DNA from: Vicugna vicugna
Taxonomy: Eukaryota
NCBI GenBank assembly: GCA_013265495.1
Contig: MU058531.1
Location: forward strand, 3,658,911-3,722,910
Direction of reading: 5' to 3'
Length of the DNA stretch: 64,000 nt
The position numbers and the translations under genes were made by a program. This document shows, in pieces, positions 25,563 through 36,600 of the stretch. The notes under the pieces were generated by a model. It saw only the letters and a program-made list of their open reading frames with translations, was not told the DNA's origin and did not search any database. The first letter of the stretch is position 1. Every line of letters begins with the position of its first letter.

Positions 25563-26979
25563 GCAGTGGTGATGGTGATAAGAATTTCCAGAAAATAGAA
25601 CAGCATGTGCAAAGCCCTGTGATGAAAGGGAGCTAAAGCTTATTACTAGTCAGAGTTTGCTGTTCACTTGCTTGCTTGCTTCCTTTTTCTTCCTTTATTT
25701 TTCTTCCTCCTTGAATGCAGAGAGTTGTTAACACTTTTCTCAGTTATCATTATTCATCCATGCAAAGGCTCTCCATTAAATTTTTTATCAATATACTCAG
25801 TTTTATCCCCCTTTCAGCAATTCCTTTCTCCCCTCTTCCATGTGCAACCACTTTAATGTAGCTTTAAAAATTTTTATTTATATTCTTGTGAAAAGTTGTA
25901 TTTGTTTTGTATGTGTGTATGATTGATTTATGTTAATAATATTGTATTAGTATTCTCATTTCTTTTTCTCATTTGGCACTATTTTCTTCATTTTTGATAG
26001 GTAGAATTGTTACAGTTTGACTGCAATGTACAATATATTGTATGTAAATACATATACACAATATACTGCACATATTTTTTTAATTTACATATATGTACTG
26101 TTCATTGTTTCTAAGAATATTTAGAGCTTTAGCTTTTTAAATTTACATAGTTATCAAAGGAATAAAGGCACCGTCTTTTTAACATCTATCCAAGTGCTCT
26201 GTGTATATCTAATCTGCTGTTGCTAATGTTGCATGGTTCTACATCATGGTTATTATATATTTACTCCAATTCAGGATTATCTCCAGTTGTTTTCCACCTC
26301 ACACGACAACAACACACTTTAATGAGTGTTCTTTTAACACATCCCCATAGGGACCTGTGAGAAAATTCCTTTGAAGGGTATAACCAGGAATGCAACTGCT
26401 AGGTCATAGGTATGCATGCACTTGATTTGACTAGGTCATGCCAGCTAGGTTTCCAGAAGAGCTCAGTTATCAGAGATTTTCTGTTATATGGTCACCTCTT
26501 CTCCACTGCTCTCCAACAGAGCATCTTGGATTCTATTCAATTCTTTTGTTCTCCTTACACCTTTCATCCTTCACACGTCCATTTTGAGCAAGGCACTGGG
26601 GTTCTGTTATCTCCCTGTAGCCTAGATCCAGAGCCAGTTTACCACATCCCTCTCAGGAATTTACAACACACAGTTGTATAGATAAGATAATCGCCATCTT
26701 CTAAATCACCATCTGTTGTCTTTTCTTGAACACTTCAAAGTACTGTAAGATGATCTGTAGCCCATAATTTGTGCACTTCTCCATGGTCCCCTTTATCTAG
26801 TTATCTAGTCACGAAGGTGAACTGGAAGCAGGTTGGACCAAAGAAATTTTTGACTTAGTCTCAAAAGAAATATAAATGACTAGGTAATATGGGAGTGGGG
26901 TTGAGGGGTGGGAGGGAGGTCTAGTTTTATTAGTAGTCCTTTTCAAAGAAAAGTGATTTGAAATAGTTAAGAGAAGTCC

Positions 26980-27865
26980 TTTTACTCATACAAAGTTGGG
27001 AAGTTTTTAAAAGATATAATCCATCTTCGGGAGGGTTCGGGAAGATAGGCATTTCCACATAGTACTGGTCGGAAATGTAAAACTGTACAACGTTTTTGCA
27101 AAACAGTTTGAAAATGTGTATCAAAGGACAAAATAGTAACTTTACAGTGTAGAAACCTAGCAGGCATCATCTTGACTTAGTTATTAAAGTTAATATCACA
27201 AGTATTGGGATAAAACAACATTATGTACCTCCTGCTACAATGTATGAGGACACAACATCATTTCTGTGATGTTCTTACCAAAAATGCATAACCTGAATGT
27301 AATTATGAGGAAACAATTAGACCAAACCTAAATGGAAGGATCTTACAAAACAAGTGGCCAATCTTCTTCGAAAATGTCAAGGTCATTCAGGATCAGTTAC
27401 ATAGGTTACAGGGCCCTGTTCAAATTAAAATGTGAATTTTCCAAAAAAAAAAAAATTTAAAATGCTGAAGAATTTCAAGATAGCAACAACAGAGCATTAA
27501 ACCAAAAGTTGCAGGGCCCTGTGTAACTGGACAAGTAACATGTCCATGAAGCTGGCACCGAGGTCACGAAAGACAGAGAAAGACCAAGAAACTGTCCTAC
27601 ATTGGAGGGATAGGAGACATAAAAACTAAAGAGTGCTTGATTCTATGCCAGATCAAGCACATTAGTAGGACAAAATGAAAAATTTGAATAAGGTGTGTAG
27701 ATCAGGTAATAGTAGTATAGAAATGTTAATTCATTATTTTGATAATTGTATTATAGTTATGTTAGATATTAATTTGGGGGGATCTAAACAAAAGCATAGG
27801 AAATACCTTGTGCTGTCTTTGCAAACTTTTGTAAGTCTAAAATTATTTCAAAGCTTAAAATAAAA
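26980..27865 (+). mobile_element. Old L1 (L1MC-like) 3' region with a nested MER91A-like element (27388-27560)
   Basis: L1MC motifs aaagttaatatcacaagta and gcataacctgaatgtaattatgagg; MER91-like aagaatttcaagatagcaacaacagagcattaaacc; TSD aggtcatt/aggtcacg. Confidence 0.7.
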
Positions 27866-28789
27866 ATAATAAAATATGTAGGAAATTAGTGAGCATTGTA
27901 GGACTCACCGAAATTGTCTTGGAAAATAGAGCTTAAAGCTAGGTTTGGGATTATGATGAGAATTTAATGGATAGAAAGATTTAATTGCACTTAGGATGAT
28001 AACATGCAAAGCAATGCAAAATTTTTGGACTTCAAGTCTAATTAAAAAATAAAATGTATGTTTGTATGATTTCCCCTATCAATTTCATTTCTGATAAAAT
28101 TTCCTAAGAAACTAACCAAAGATATGTATAAATATTTACATACAAGAAATTAAGCCACAGCAGTGTTTGTAAGAGTAAATAACTGGAAGCTATCAAAATG
28201 TCCAATAATGAGGTTGGTTAAATATACTTTTTTCATCCACAGATTAGAAAACAAAGCAGCAAATTAAATCATCTATAAAAGAATATTCAATTAACATTGA
28301 ATTTGATTAACTTTGGGTAATGGGATTCTGGCTTAAAAATTTTTTTGCTATTTCTGTTTTATTGCAAAATGGCTTCCTGCTATACTTTTGTAATCAAAAT
28401 AAAGACATCATTGGAAAAAAAGAAATATTTAACCTACTTCAGATCTTGCCCCAAACAAATTATTTCTGAAAATAATAATGACAAATTTTAGTCCTCCTTA
28501 AGGTGAATTTATGTAAGAACTCTCATTTGATAATAGCAGGAGCAACTATGTGCAGAACCTGTGATTGTTTTTGCAGGTTTGTCTATAGTTTTTTCCTCCA
28601 AATGTAGCTGAATGCCCTCTTGCAGCATAAAAAATATTTGCAACTCTTATTTCTTCACAATTCACAGCTATGGCATGAATTTGGAAATGCATTCAGAGCA
28701 TTCTTTTAAAGCATTCTTTTGTCACTTAGTCAATTCTTAAAGTATCATAGAAAGGAAAAGTATAAAAATCCGAAAAACTCCATCATTCT

Positions 28790-28903
28790 ATTTTTAAATT
28801 AAAAAAAATTTTTATTTTATTTATTTATTTTAATGGAGGTACTGGGGATTGAACCCAGGACCTCATGCATGCTAAGTGCTCCACTGAGCTATATCCCCAC
28901 CCC
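28790..28903 (-). mobile_element. vic-1-like SINE
   Basis: ggaggtactggggattgaacccaggacctcatgcatgctaag...cactgagctatatcccc; flanking repeat catcattct. Confidence 0.85.
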
Positions 28904-30039
28904 TTCATCATTCTTGTTTTCATATTTATATCCTTTTTGACATTTTTAAAGCTAGATATATACAGTTTTATACATCATTGAAATTATATGCAATTGTATA
29001 TCTCTACCTTTTATTTAATATTAATTTGCAGAAAATTAATAATAAATACTGAATTATTTAAAATTAACTTTTAAAACATAAGTCTGCATTTTAATCATTT
29101 TAATTATCTTCATAATATTTCACTGATATACCTTGTTTTTCCTACATCTCCCTTATTATTGACAATTTAAGTAATTTCTAGTTTTTAACTATTAAACATT
29201 TTGTTACAGGCATAGCTTTTTTTTTTTCTTTTTTCTTTTTCTTTTGGGTGGTTTCCTTATGACAGATTCCCAGGAGTAGGATTACAGTGCCTCTTGATAT
29301 GTGGCATCAATTTGCTTCCCCAAAGGGTTGGTATGCATTTCTAAAGCATCTCATCTATCTCTTGGTTTGTGGCTGTCCTGCTGTGGTTTACCAAACAGCA
29401 GCTGCTTTGTGATCTTACTATCATTTATTTCCCACGCATGTCTCACCCTGCTGAGTTAATCTGCAATACACATCTTTTCGATACTTGTTATCTAGCTATA
29501 ATCCACGACCTCGTCCTAGTCACTTCTCTTACCAGCTGAGGCTTTACCAGGCATGTGTGGAATTTAAATCATTTGTGGAAGTTGAAGGTGATTTCAGTAG
29601 CAATCCAAGCTGCATAGTTCCACAGAAGATGGTTCATTCCCCCTGCCTTAAAGAACTTTCTTTTGGATTTTGATACTAAATTATTTCCACATCTTGTCAA
29701 TCAATTTTCAAACAGACATACTGACCACATTTTTCTTAATCAGCTCATCATCAAAGACTCCCAGCTTTCAGATCAGTATGTAGTGAGGACAACCTATGGT
29801 TACTTTAGGTTTTAATAGTGCATACTCATATAAAACAAACCATCTTTAGGGCAAATGTTTATTCATGGGTGATGAAATTGTGCGTGTTCAAGAGTTTAAA
29901 TTGGAAGCAGCATCAGGCAGTTTTTGGATTATGGTCTTGAGGATCATAGACATGCTTAGTCTTTTAAGTTGGGAAATTCCTGGGGACTAGACATTTTGAT
30001 AGTAGTTTTATTCATCTATTTATTCATATATTCCTTTAA

Positions 30040-30172
30040 AAAATTTTTTTTGCAGGGGAGAGGTAATTAGGTTTGTTTGTTTGTTTATTCATGGAGGGGG
30101 TACTGGGGATTGAACCCCGGACTTTGTGTATGCTAAGCATGCACTCCACCACTTGAGCTATACCCTGCCCCC
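30040..30172 (-). mobile_element. vic-1-like SINE
   Basis: gtactggggattgaaccccggactttgtgtatgctaagcatgcactccaccacttgagctatacc; TSD catatattcctttaa/catgcattcctttaa. Confidence 0.85.
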
Positions 30173-31100
30173 CATGCATTCCTTTAATAAGTGTTTGTTG
30201 CTACTATGTGCTTGGCAATGTGGTTGATTGTGTTGCTAAGAACGTGAACAAACCAGCAATACTCCCTCTCCTCATAGAGCTCATAGTGTAGTGTGTATAT
30301 GTGTGTGTGTGTGTACAAATGTCAGCCCCCAACACTATAAAATTATAGCTGTGATATGACCACAAAGAAAAATGGCGCTATGAAAGCATGTAAATGGAGT
30401 CTAAGCAATTGGAGGGGAGATCAGAGAAGGCTTCTCTGAGGAGACGACATTAAAACTGAGTCCTGGAGAAAGAATAGGAGTTAACAGGTTAACAAACCGA
30501 GGAAGAGCCCTCTAGGCAGGGGACCAGCATGCATAAAGACCCTTAGAAAGAAAAGGGCTTAGCACACAATTTCAGAAAGAGAGAAAAGGTTGATGTGCCT
30601 GAAACATGAGTGAGGAGAAGGGAAATGTGAGATGAGACTGGAGAGGTAGATAAGAATCATTACAAAAAAGACTGGCGTCATCATGGAGAACAACCTAGAA
30701 GTAGAAGATTGCACAAATGTCTTTGGTGTTAAGAGAAGAGGAAGCATTACATTTGAATTAAGGAAGAAGAACCCTCCCATAAAGTACTTAGAAGAAACGG
30801 CTGAAATGTAGGAGAAAAAAATGGAGACAACAGAGTAATGAAAACTAAAGGAAAAGTATTTCTTTTAAAAGGTTGAAAGGTTCATATGAAGATGACTAAA
30901 AAACTGGGGCAGTGACATGATTGGATGTGTGTTTATAAAAAACTACTTTGACTGCAGTGTAAGGAACTGTTTGGATGTGGCCCCAAGTGAATGTAAAGAA
31001 ACCAGTTGGAGGTTAATTCTGTCATCCAGGAAAGAAATGAAGGTAACTTAGTCTGGGTTGGTGGATATAGTATGAAGTGAATATATTTAAAAGATACTTA

Positions 31101-31229
31101 CATTAGAGCCTCAGACCTTACTCATCTTATAGCTGAAAGTTTGTAAGGATCTCTTAGTTATCCAATTTCAGAGGATCTAATGTAAAACATGGTGAATTAT
31201 AGTTGATAACACCATATGATACAATAAAA
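31101..31229 (+). mobile_element. Mini L1 3'UTR insertion with 5' inversion
   Basis: An inverted L1 segment followed by the direct segment gaggatctaatgtaaaacatggtga; TSD aaaagatactta/aaaagataatta. Confidence 0.65.
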
Positions 31230-31289
31230 AAAAGATAATTAGGAGGGTTAAAAAAAACAGACTTCAGTGGTATATTACTTGTTACAGTA

Positions 31290-31772
31290 GACTTCCTAGG
31301 GCTACGATAACAAATTACACAAACTTTGTGGCTTAAAACAATAGAAATTTATTCTCTCACAATTCTTGAAATCAGAAGTCTAAAATCAAGATGTTTGTAG
31401 AGTTGGTTTCTTCTGAAGGCTCAGAGGGAAAATTAATTTCACGCCTCTCTCCTAACTTATGGTGGCTGTCAGCAATCCTTTGGGTTCCTTTAGTTTGTAT
31501 GTGCATCACTCTGATCTCTGCCTACAACTTCACATGGCTTTCTTCTTTGTGTCTCTGTGTGCCTTCTCCTTTTCTTTCTCTTATAAGGACACTTATCACA
31601 CCTATTGTCTCTGTGAAGAGAGGAAATATGTCTAATTCAGGAGTATCTCATTATGAGAACCCTACCTTAATTACATCAGCAAAGGCCTTTTTCTAAATAA
31701 AGTCACATTCAAGGGACTTGGGGTTAGAACGTGGACATATCTTTTGGGGGAACACAGTGCAATTCACCACAC
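31290..31772 (-). mobile_element. MLT1B/C-like MaLR LTR within an L2 relic (about 30190-32520)
   Basis: acaaattacacaaactttgtggcttaaaacaatagaaatttattctctcacaattct...aataaagtcacattc. Confidence 0.75.
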
Positions 31773-33139
31773 AGTTACGGGGATAAGAAAGAGGGAGATA
31801 TCATAGGTGACTGTTGGTTTTTAGGTATGTGCAACTAAAGTACTGTCATTCGGTGAGAGATGGAATATTGTAATCGGCAGCAGATTTGGAAGAGGCAGTT
31901 ATGAGCTTAGACTTGGACATACTGGGTTTCAGGTGACCTTGAAACCTCCAAGCAGAGATACTGGGTACAGAGTTGGCATATAGGATCTAGAAAAACAGTT
32001 GATGGTGTGGCATGTATTAAGATGGAGGATGCTGGAAGAAAAGTAGGAGAGACTCATTTTAGTCATATTATGTTTCTGATGCCTAGAAGTATCAATATGG
32101 AAATATCAAGAAGGCATTTGGATTATATTGTTGGAGGTATAGTTATAAATTCTAGAGTTATCAGTTTATAGGTGATCATCTACATCATGGGACTTACTGA
32201 GATGGCTTAGGGTAAAGAGGGTTGAGTAAGAAGAAAAGAGGGTTCAGAACTGTTCCATTAGGAAATTTCAGTTAAGGAGGAAGAATCTACCTGACCCTCA
32301 CCCCAAGGAAACTGAGAAGTAGTGGCCAAAGAGATAGGAGGGAAGCTAAGAGAGTATGGCAACAATAGAGTAATGAAAACTAAGGAGAAAAGGTGTTTCT
32401 TTTAAAAGAAAGAGTGTTTCAAAATGGAGGGAGTGATCAACAGTATGAATGCTGGTGAAAGATCAAGCAAGATGGAGACTGAAATTTTTCTATTAAATTA
32501 GGGACAGGGAAATCATTAATGAGAGTAAAGAATTAGAAGTAACCTTAAGCTTACAGAAAGTTGTAAACATAAAAATAGTAAAAGGAATAAAATAAAGCTT
32601 GGATACAAAGAGGAAAAAAAATAGTAAAAGGAATGCTTATATATCTTTCCCAGATTTGCCTACTGTTAATATTTTATCTCATTTACTTTACCATTTGCTC
32701 TGTGTGTATGTGTGCGCATATATCATTTTTTTTCTTAATCATTTGAGGGTGAATTACATATGTAGTGGCTCTTTATCCTAAATACTCAGTGTGCATTTCC
32801 TAAGAATAGAAATATTTTCTTACAGAACTAATACAGCAATTATTCATTGTAAATATGTAAATATCAATTTTTACATTGACATCTTTATTTAATCCACCTT
32901 GCATATGACAGTTGTGTCAGCTGCTCTAATAATGTCCTTCACTAAATATTTTCCTTTTCTCTACCTGGTATGAAGTCCAGTTTAGGGACAGGTTTTGCAT
33001 GTAATTGTCATGTTGTTTTAATCTTCTTTAATTTCACACATGTCCACAACTTTTTTTTCATCTTTTATGATATTGACATTTTTGAAGAATAGAGTTCCCC
33101 TATTTCATTTTTTTTAAATAAAAATTTCATCATTTCAGG

Positions 33140-33231
33140 GGTAGGAGGGAATAGCTCAGTGGTAGAGCACATGCTTAGTATGCACAAGGTCCTGGGTTCA
33201 ATCCCCAGTACATCCATTTAAAAAATTTTTT
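33140..33231 (+). mobile_element. vic-1-like SINE inserted in an old L1
   Basis: tagctcagtggtagagcacatgcttagtatgcacaaggtcctgggttcaatcccc; TSD ttcatcatttcagg/ttcctcatttcagg. Confidence 0.88.
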
Positions 33232-33405
33232 TTCCTCATTTCAGGTTCATCTGGATGATTCTGTAGGATCAGACTGAGGTTATACACCCTCAGCCACATT
33301 GGATCTTCTCAGGGTTTCACATCTGGAGGTGCACAATGCGTAAACATCTTTTTAAAGAAGCTTGCTTGTTCAAGAAAGCAGAGAGAGAAGGTTGTAGCTA
33401 TGAGG

Positions 33406-33586
33406 CAGTATTTCTCAACCTTGGCTATAAATTAGAATTACTTGAGTGGCTTTTAATACTAGTGTAAGGGCTCCACCTCCAGAGATACTGACTTAATACT
33501 CTCGCTGTGGCCCAGACATCAGCATTTAAAAAAAAAAATCTTCCTAAACATTGCTGCTAATGTGCAGCTAAGTTTGAGAAACATTG
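33406..33586. mobile_element. MER5-like hAT MITE
   Basis: CAGTATTTCTCAACC...TTTGAGAAACATTG termini. Confidence 0.7.
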
Positions 33587-33699
33587 CTCCAAGGGTATGT
33601 GGGTGGTGATGATGGTGACTTAACATGATAGAAGGTATAGTATGTTTGAGTGCTATTTGGAAATCCAGTGTAAGAAGAAAAAAGTTGATAATTAAAGAA

Positions 33700-36600
33700 A
33701 GATATAGGGGTTTTGAGGCCTTTTGTTTGAGTCCTTTGTACTCTCCTTGCATACAATTGTAGCAAAATAATAATATGGGATAGTGGTACCATATTTCACC
33801 CTTCAGTAATGACAGTTGGATCATACACATAGAATATGACCAACAATATGTATTTTAAGAATTTCAGTGAAAATCAAATTTTCCTAGAAAATGTAGGACT
33901 CCAAGGATACCAATAGTTTTCCATATTTTAAGTAAATTAATATTTTATAGCAGAGATTGAGAATATCCTTTCTACTAGGAGTTTCATTTGATTAATGGGA
34001 ATGAACCAGGATATATAACTTATGCCTAGAATTGTAATAATGTAACATATAAAGAGTCTTTAATGTCAAACTCTTAAGAACCACAGAAAGGATATGCTAT
34101 ACCCTGAAAGCAGATTTTTTTTCATTGTAAAACAGCATATAATATTACTTACCAGATAAGACAGAAACTTTTGTTATTGAAAGTGGGAAATAGAACCACT
34201 AATCACTAACGAGAACCAGTAATAATTTATTATGCAATACATATTATTGTATACAAAGTTATAAAAAATAAATATGTCTCAGTTTTAAAGCCTGCACTGA
34301 GAAAATAGTAGGGTAGTATGGGCTATTATTGTTCATAAAACTTTTGCTGCTGTTTACTATGGGAGAGAAAGGAGATGAACAAATAAACAATTTGGAGAAA
34401 CTGGATTTTTAAAATAGTATGATTTCATAGAGGGAGAAACAGAGTGGTAGCAAAAAAGGAATAAGTTAACAAGCTAGTTAGAGAAAATTTGACAGTAGGA
34501 AGAAAATTGCAAGGATAAATTCTCCAGGCAGAGAGGAAGGAGGTTGAAAAGACAAAAAGATTGAGATTAGACTCTCTTAGCTACCTTCATCATTGCCATC
34601 ATATAACTATATCTATGTCTAGATATCTCCTATATTAACTTAAAGTTTTTTATTGAGGTGAAATTCACATAAAATAAAACCATTTTAAAATGTACAACTC
34701 AGGGGCATTTAGTACATTCACAATGGCATGCATCTACCACTATATCTAGTTCCAAAACATTTTCATCACCCCAAAAGAGAAAACCCCATATCCATTAGGC
34801 AGTCCTTCCCTATTTCCCCCTTCCCCCAGCCACTGGCAGTTACCAATCTGCTTTCTTTCTCTATGGATTTACCTATTCTGGATAGTTCATATAAGTGAAA
34901 GTATATAATATGTGAAGGCTTTTGTGTCAGGCTTTTTTCACTTAGTGTAATGTTTTTGAGATTCATCCACTTTGTAGACTATATCAGTACTTAATTGACT
35001 TTTATGGCTGAGTAATAGTCCATTGTGAGTATATATCACACTTGGTTTATCCACTCCTCTATTGATGGATATTTGAGTTATTTCCATCTTTTTTTTTTAT
35101 GAATAGTGCTGCTATGAACATTTACGTACAAGTTTTTGTTTGAGAACCTATTTTCAATTCTTTCAGGTGTATACTTAGGAGCAGAATTGCTGGGTCATGT
35201 GGTAATTCTATATTTAACTTATTGAAGAACCACCAAACATTTTTGACAGCAGCTGTACCATTTTATTTCTACCATCGTCGTGTAAAGTGAGGGTTCCACT
35301 TTCTCCATATTCTCTACAACACCTGTTATTTTTCATTTGTCCATCTTAGTGGGTGTGAGTGCTATCTCACTTAGGTTTTGTTTTACGTTTCCCTAGCGAC
35401 TAATTATGTTGAGCACCATTTCACACACTTATTAGTAGCTACTAGCATATCTGCTTTGGGTAAATGTCTGTTCAAGTCTTTTACTCATTTTTTTAATTGA
35501 AGTACAGTTGATTTACAAAATTGTGTTAGTTTTAGGTGTACAGCAAAGTGATTCAGTTATACATATATATGTTTTTCTCTGATTTTTTTCCATTATAGGT
35601 TATTACAAGCTATTGAATATAGTTCCCTGTGCTATACAGTAAGTCCTTGTTTATCTATTTTATACATAATGGTGTGTATTTGTCAATCCCATACTCCCAA
35701 TTTTTCCCTTCCTCCCTTTCCCTCTGGTAATGAGTTTTTTTTTTATGTCTGTGAGTCTGTTTCTGTTTTCTAAATAAGTTCATTTGTATTATTTTTTAGA
35801 CTCCACATATAAGTGATATCATATTATATTTATCTTTGTCTGGCTTGCTTTACTCAGTATGATAATCTCTAGGTCCATCCATATTGCTGCAAATTGCAAT
35901 ATTTCACTCTTTTGTGGCTAAGTAATATTCCATTTGTGTGTGTGTGAGTGTCACATCTTTATCCATTCATCGGTTGACTGACACTTAGGTTGCTTCCATG
36001 TCTTGACTATTATAAATAACAGGGTTATGAACATTGAGGGTACATGTATTTTTTCAAATTAGAGTTTTCATCTTTTCCAGAAATATGCCCAGGAGTAAGA
36101 TATGGTCCTTTACTTATTTTTAAATTGGGTTCTTTGCCTTCTTGTAGTTGAGTTCTTTATATATTCTGGGTACTAGACCCTTATCAGGTGTATGATTTGC
36201 AAATATTTTCTCTCTTCCTGTGTTAACTTTTCCATCTGTGTCCTGGAAGTCATTTTTTCTTCTGAAAGGTATTGACAATAAATACACTAGTAACTATGCC
36301 CTTCCCACTTAGTCTTTACTTAAGGCCTTCAAAAATACACAATATAAAAGACGCTTGGTATTTCTTAAAGTGGGTGCTAGGTACCTGGATGTCCATTTTA
36401 CTTACACATTTTATTTTCACTCATATATATTTTATTCATTCTTTTGTATATATATATACATATATATATGAAAACAAATTTCAAAGACTTGACAATGTTG
36501 CTTCCTCTAATTCTCCAATCTCTTATTTCTAGCCTTTCATTGACATGCTTCTAGAATGCGTGGTCCATATTTGCCACTTCATTTTATCCACAACTAGTGT

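Larger units (their letters stand above)
26488..29900 (+). pseudogene. Decayed Toll-like-receptor-like gene, copy B (relics about 26488-26870, 27880-28100, 28420-28770, 29335-29900)
   Basis: ATG at 26488 with a hydrophobic leader. LRRs: QLYR*DNR 26671; EFNG*KDLIALRM 27960; KFLDFKSN 28019; KYLTYF/DLAPNKL 28423. LRR-CT: TCDCFCRFVYSFF 28557. TM/juxtamembrane: SSISWFVAVLLWFTKQQLLCDLTIIYF 29351. TIR: FD../SYN 29477; EGDF 29584; ISVAIQAA*FHRRWFIPPALKNFL 29591; RTTY 29786. Confidence 0.7.

Noticed and set aside
33140..33231. tRNA gene-like sequences (also at 6515, 20600, 28830 and 30090)
   Set aside because: They have A-rich tails, TSDs and degenerate stems, so they are tRNA-derived SINEs rather than tRNA genes
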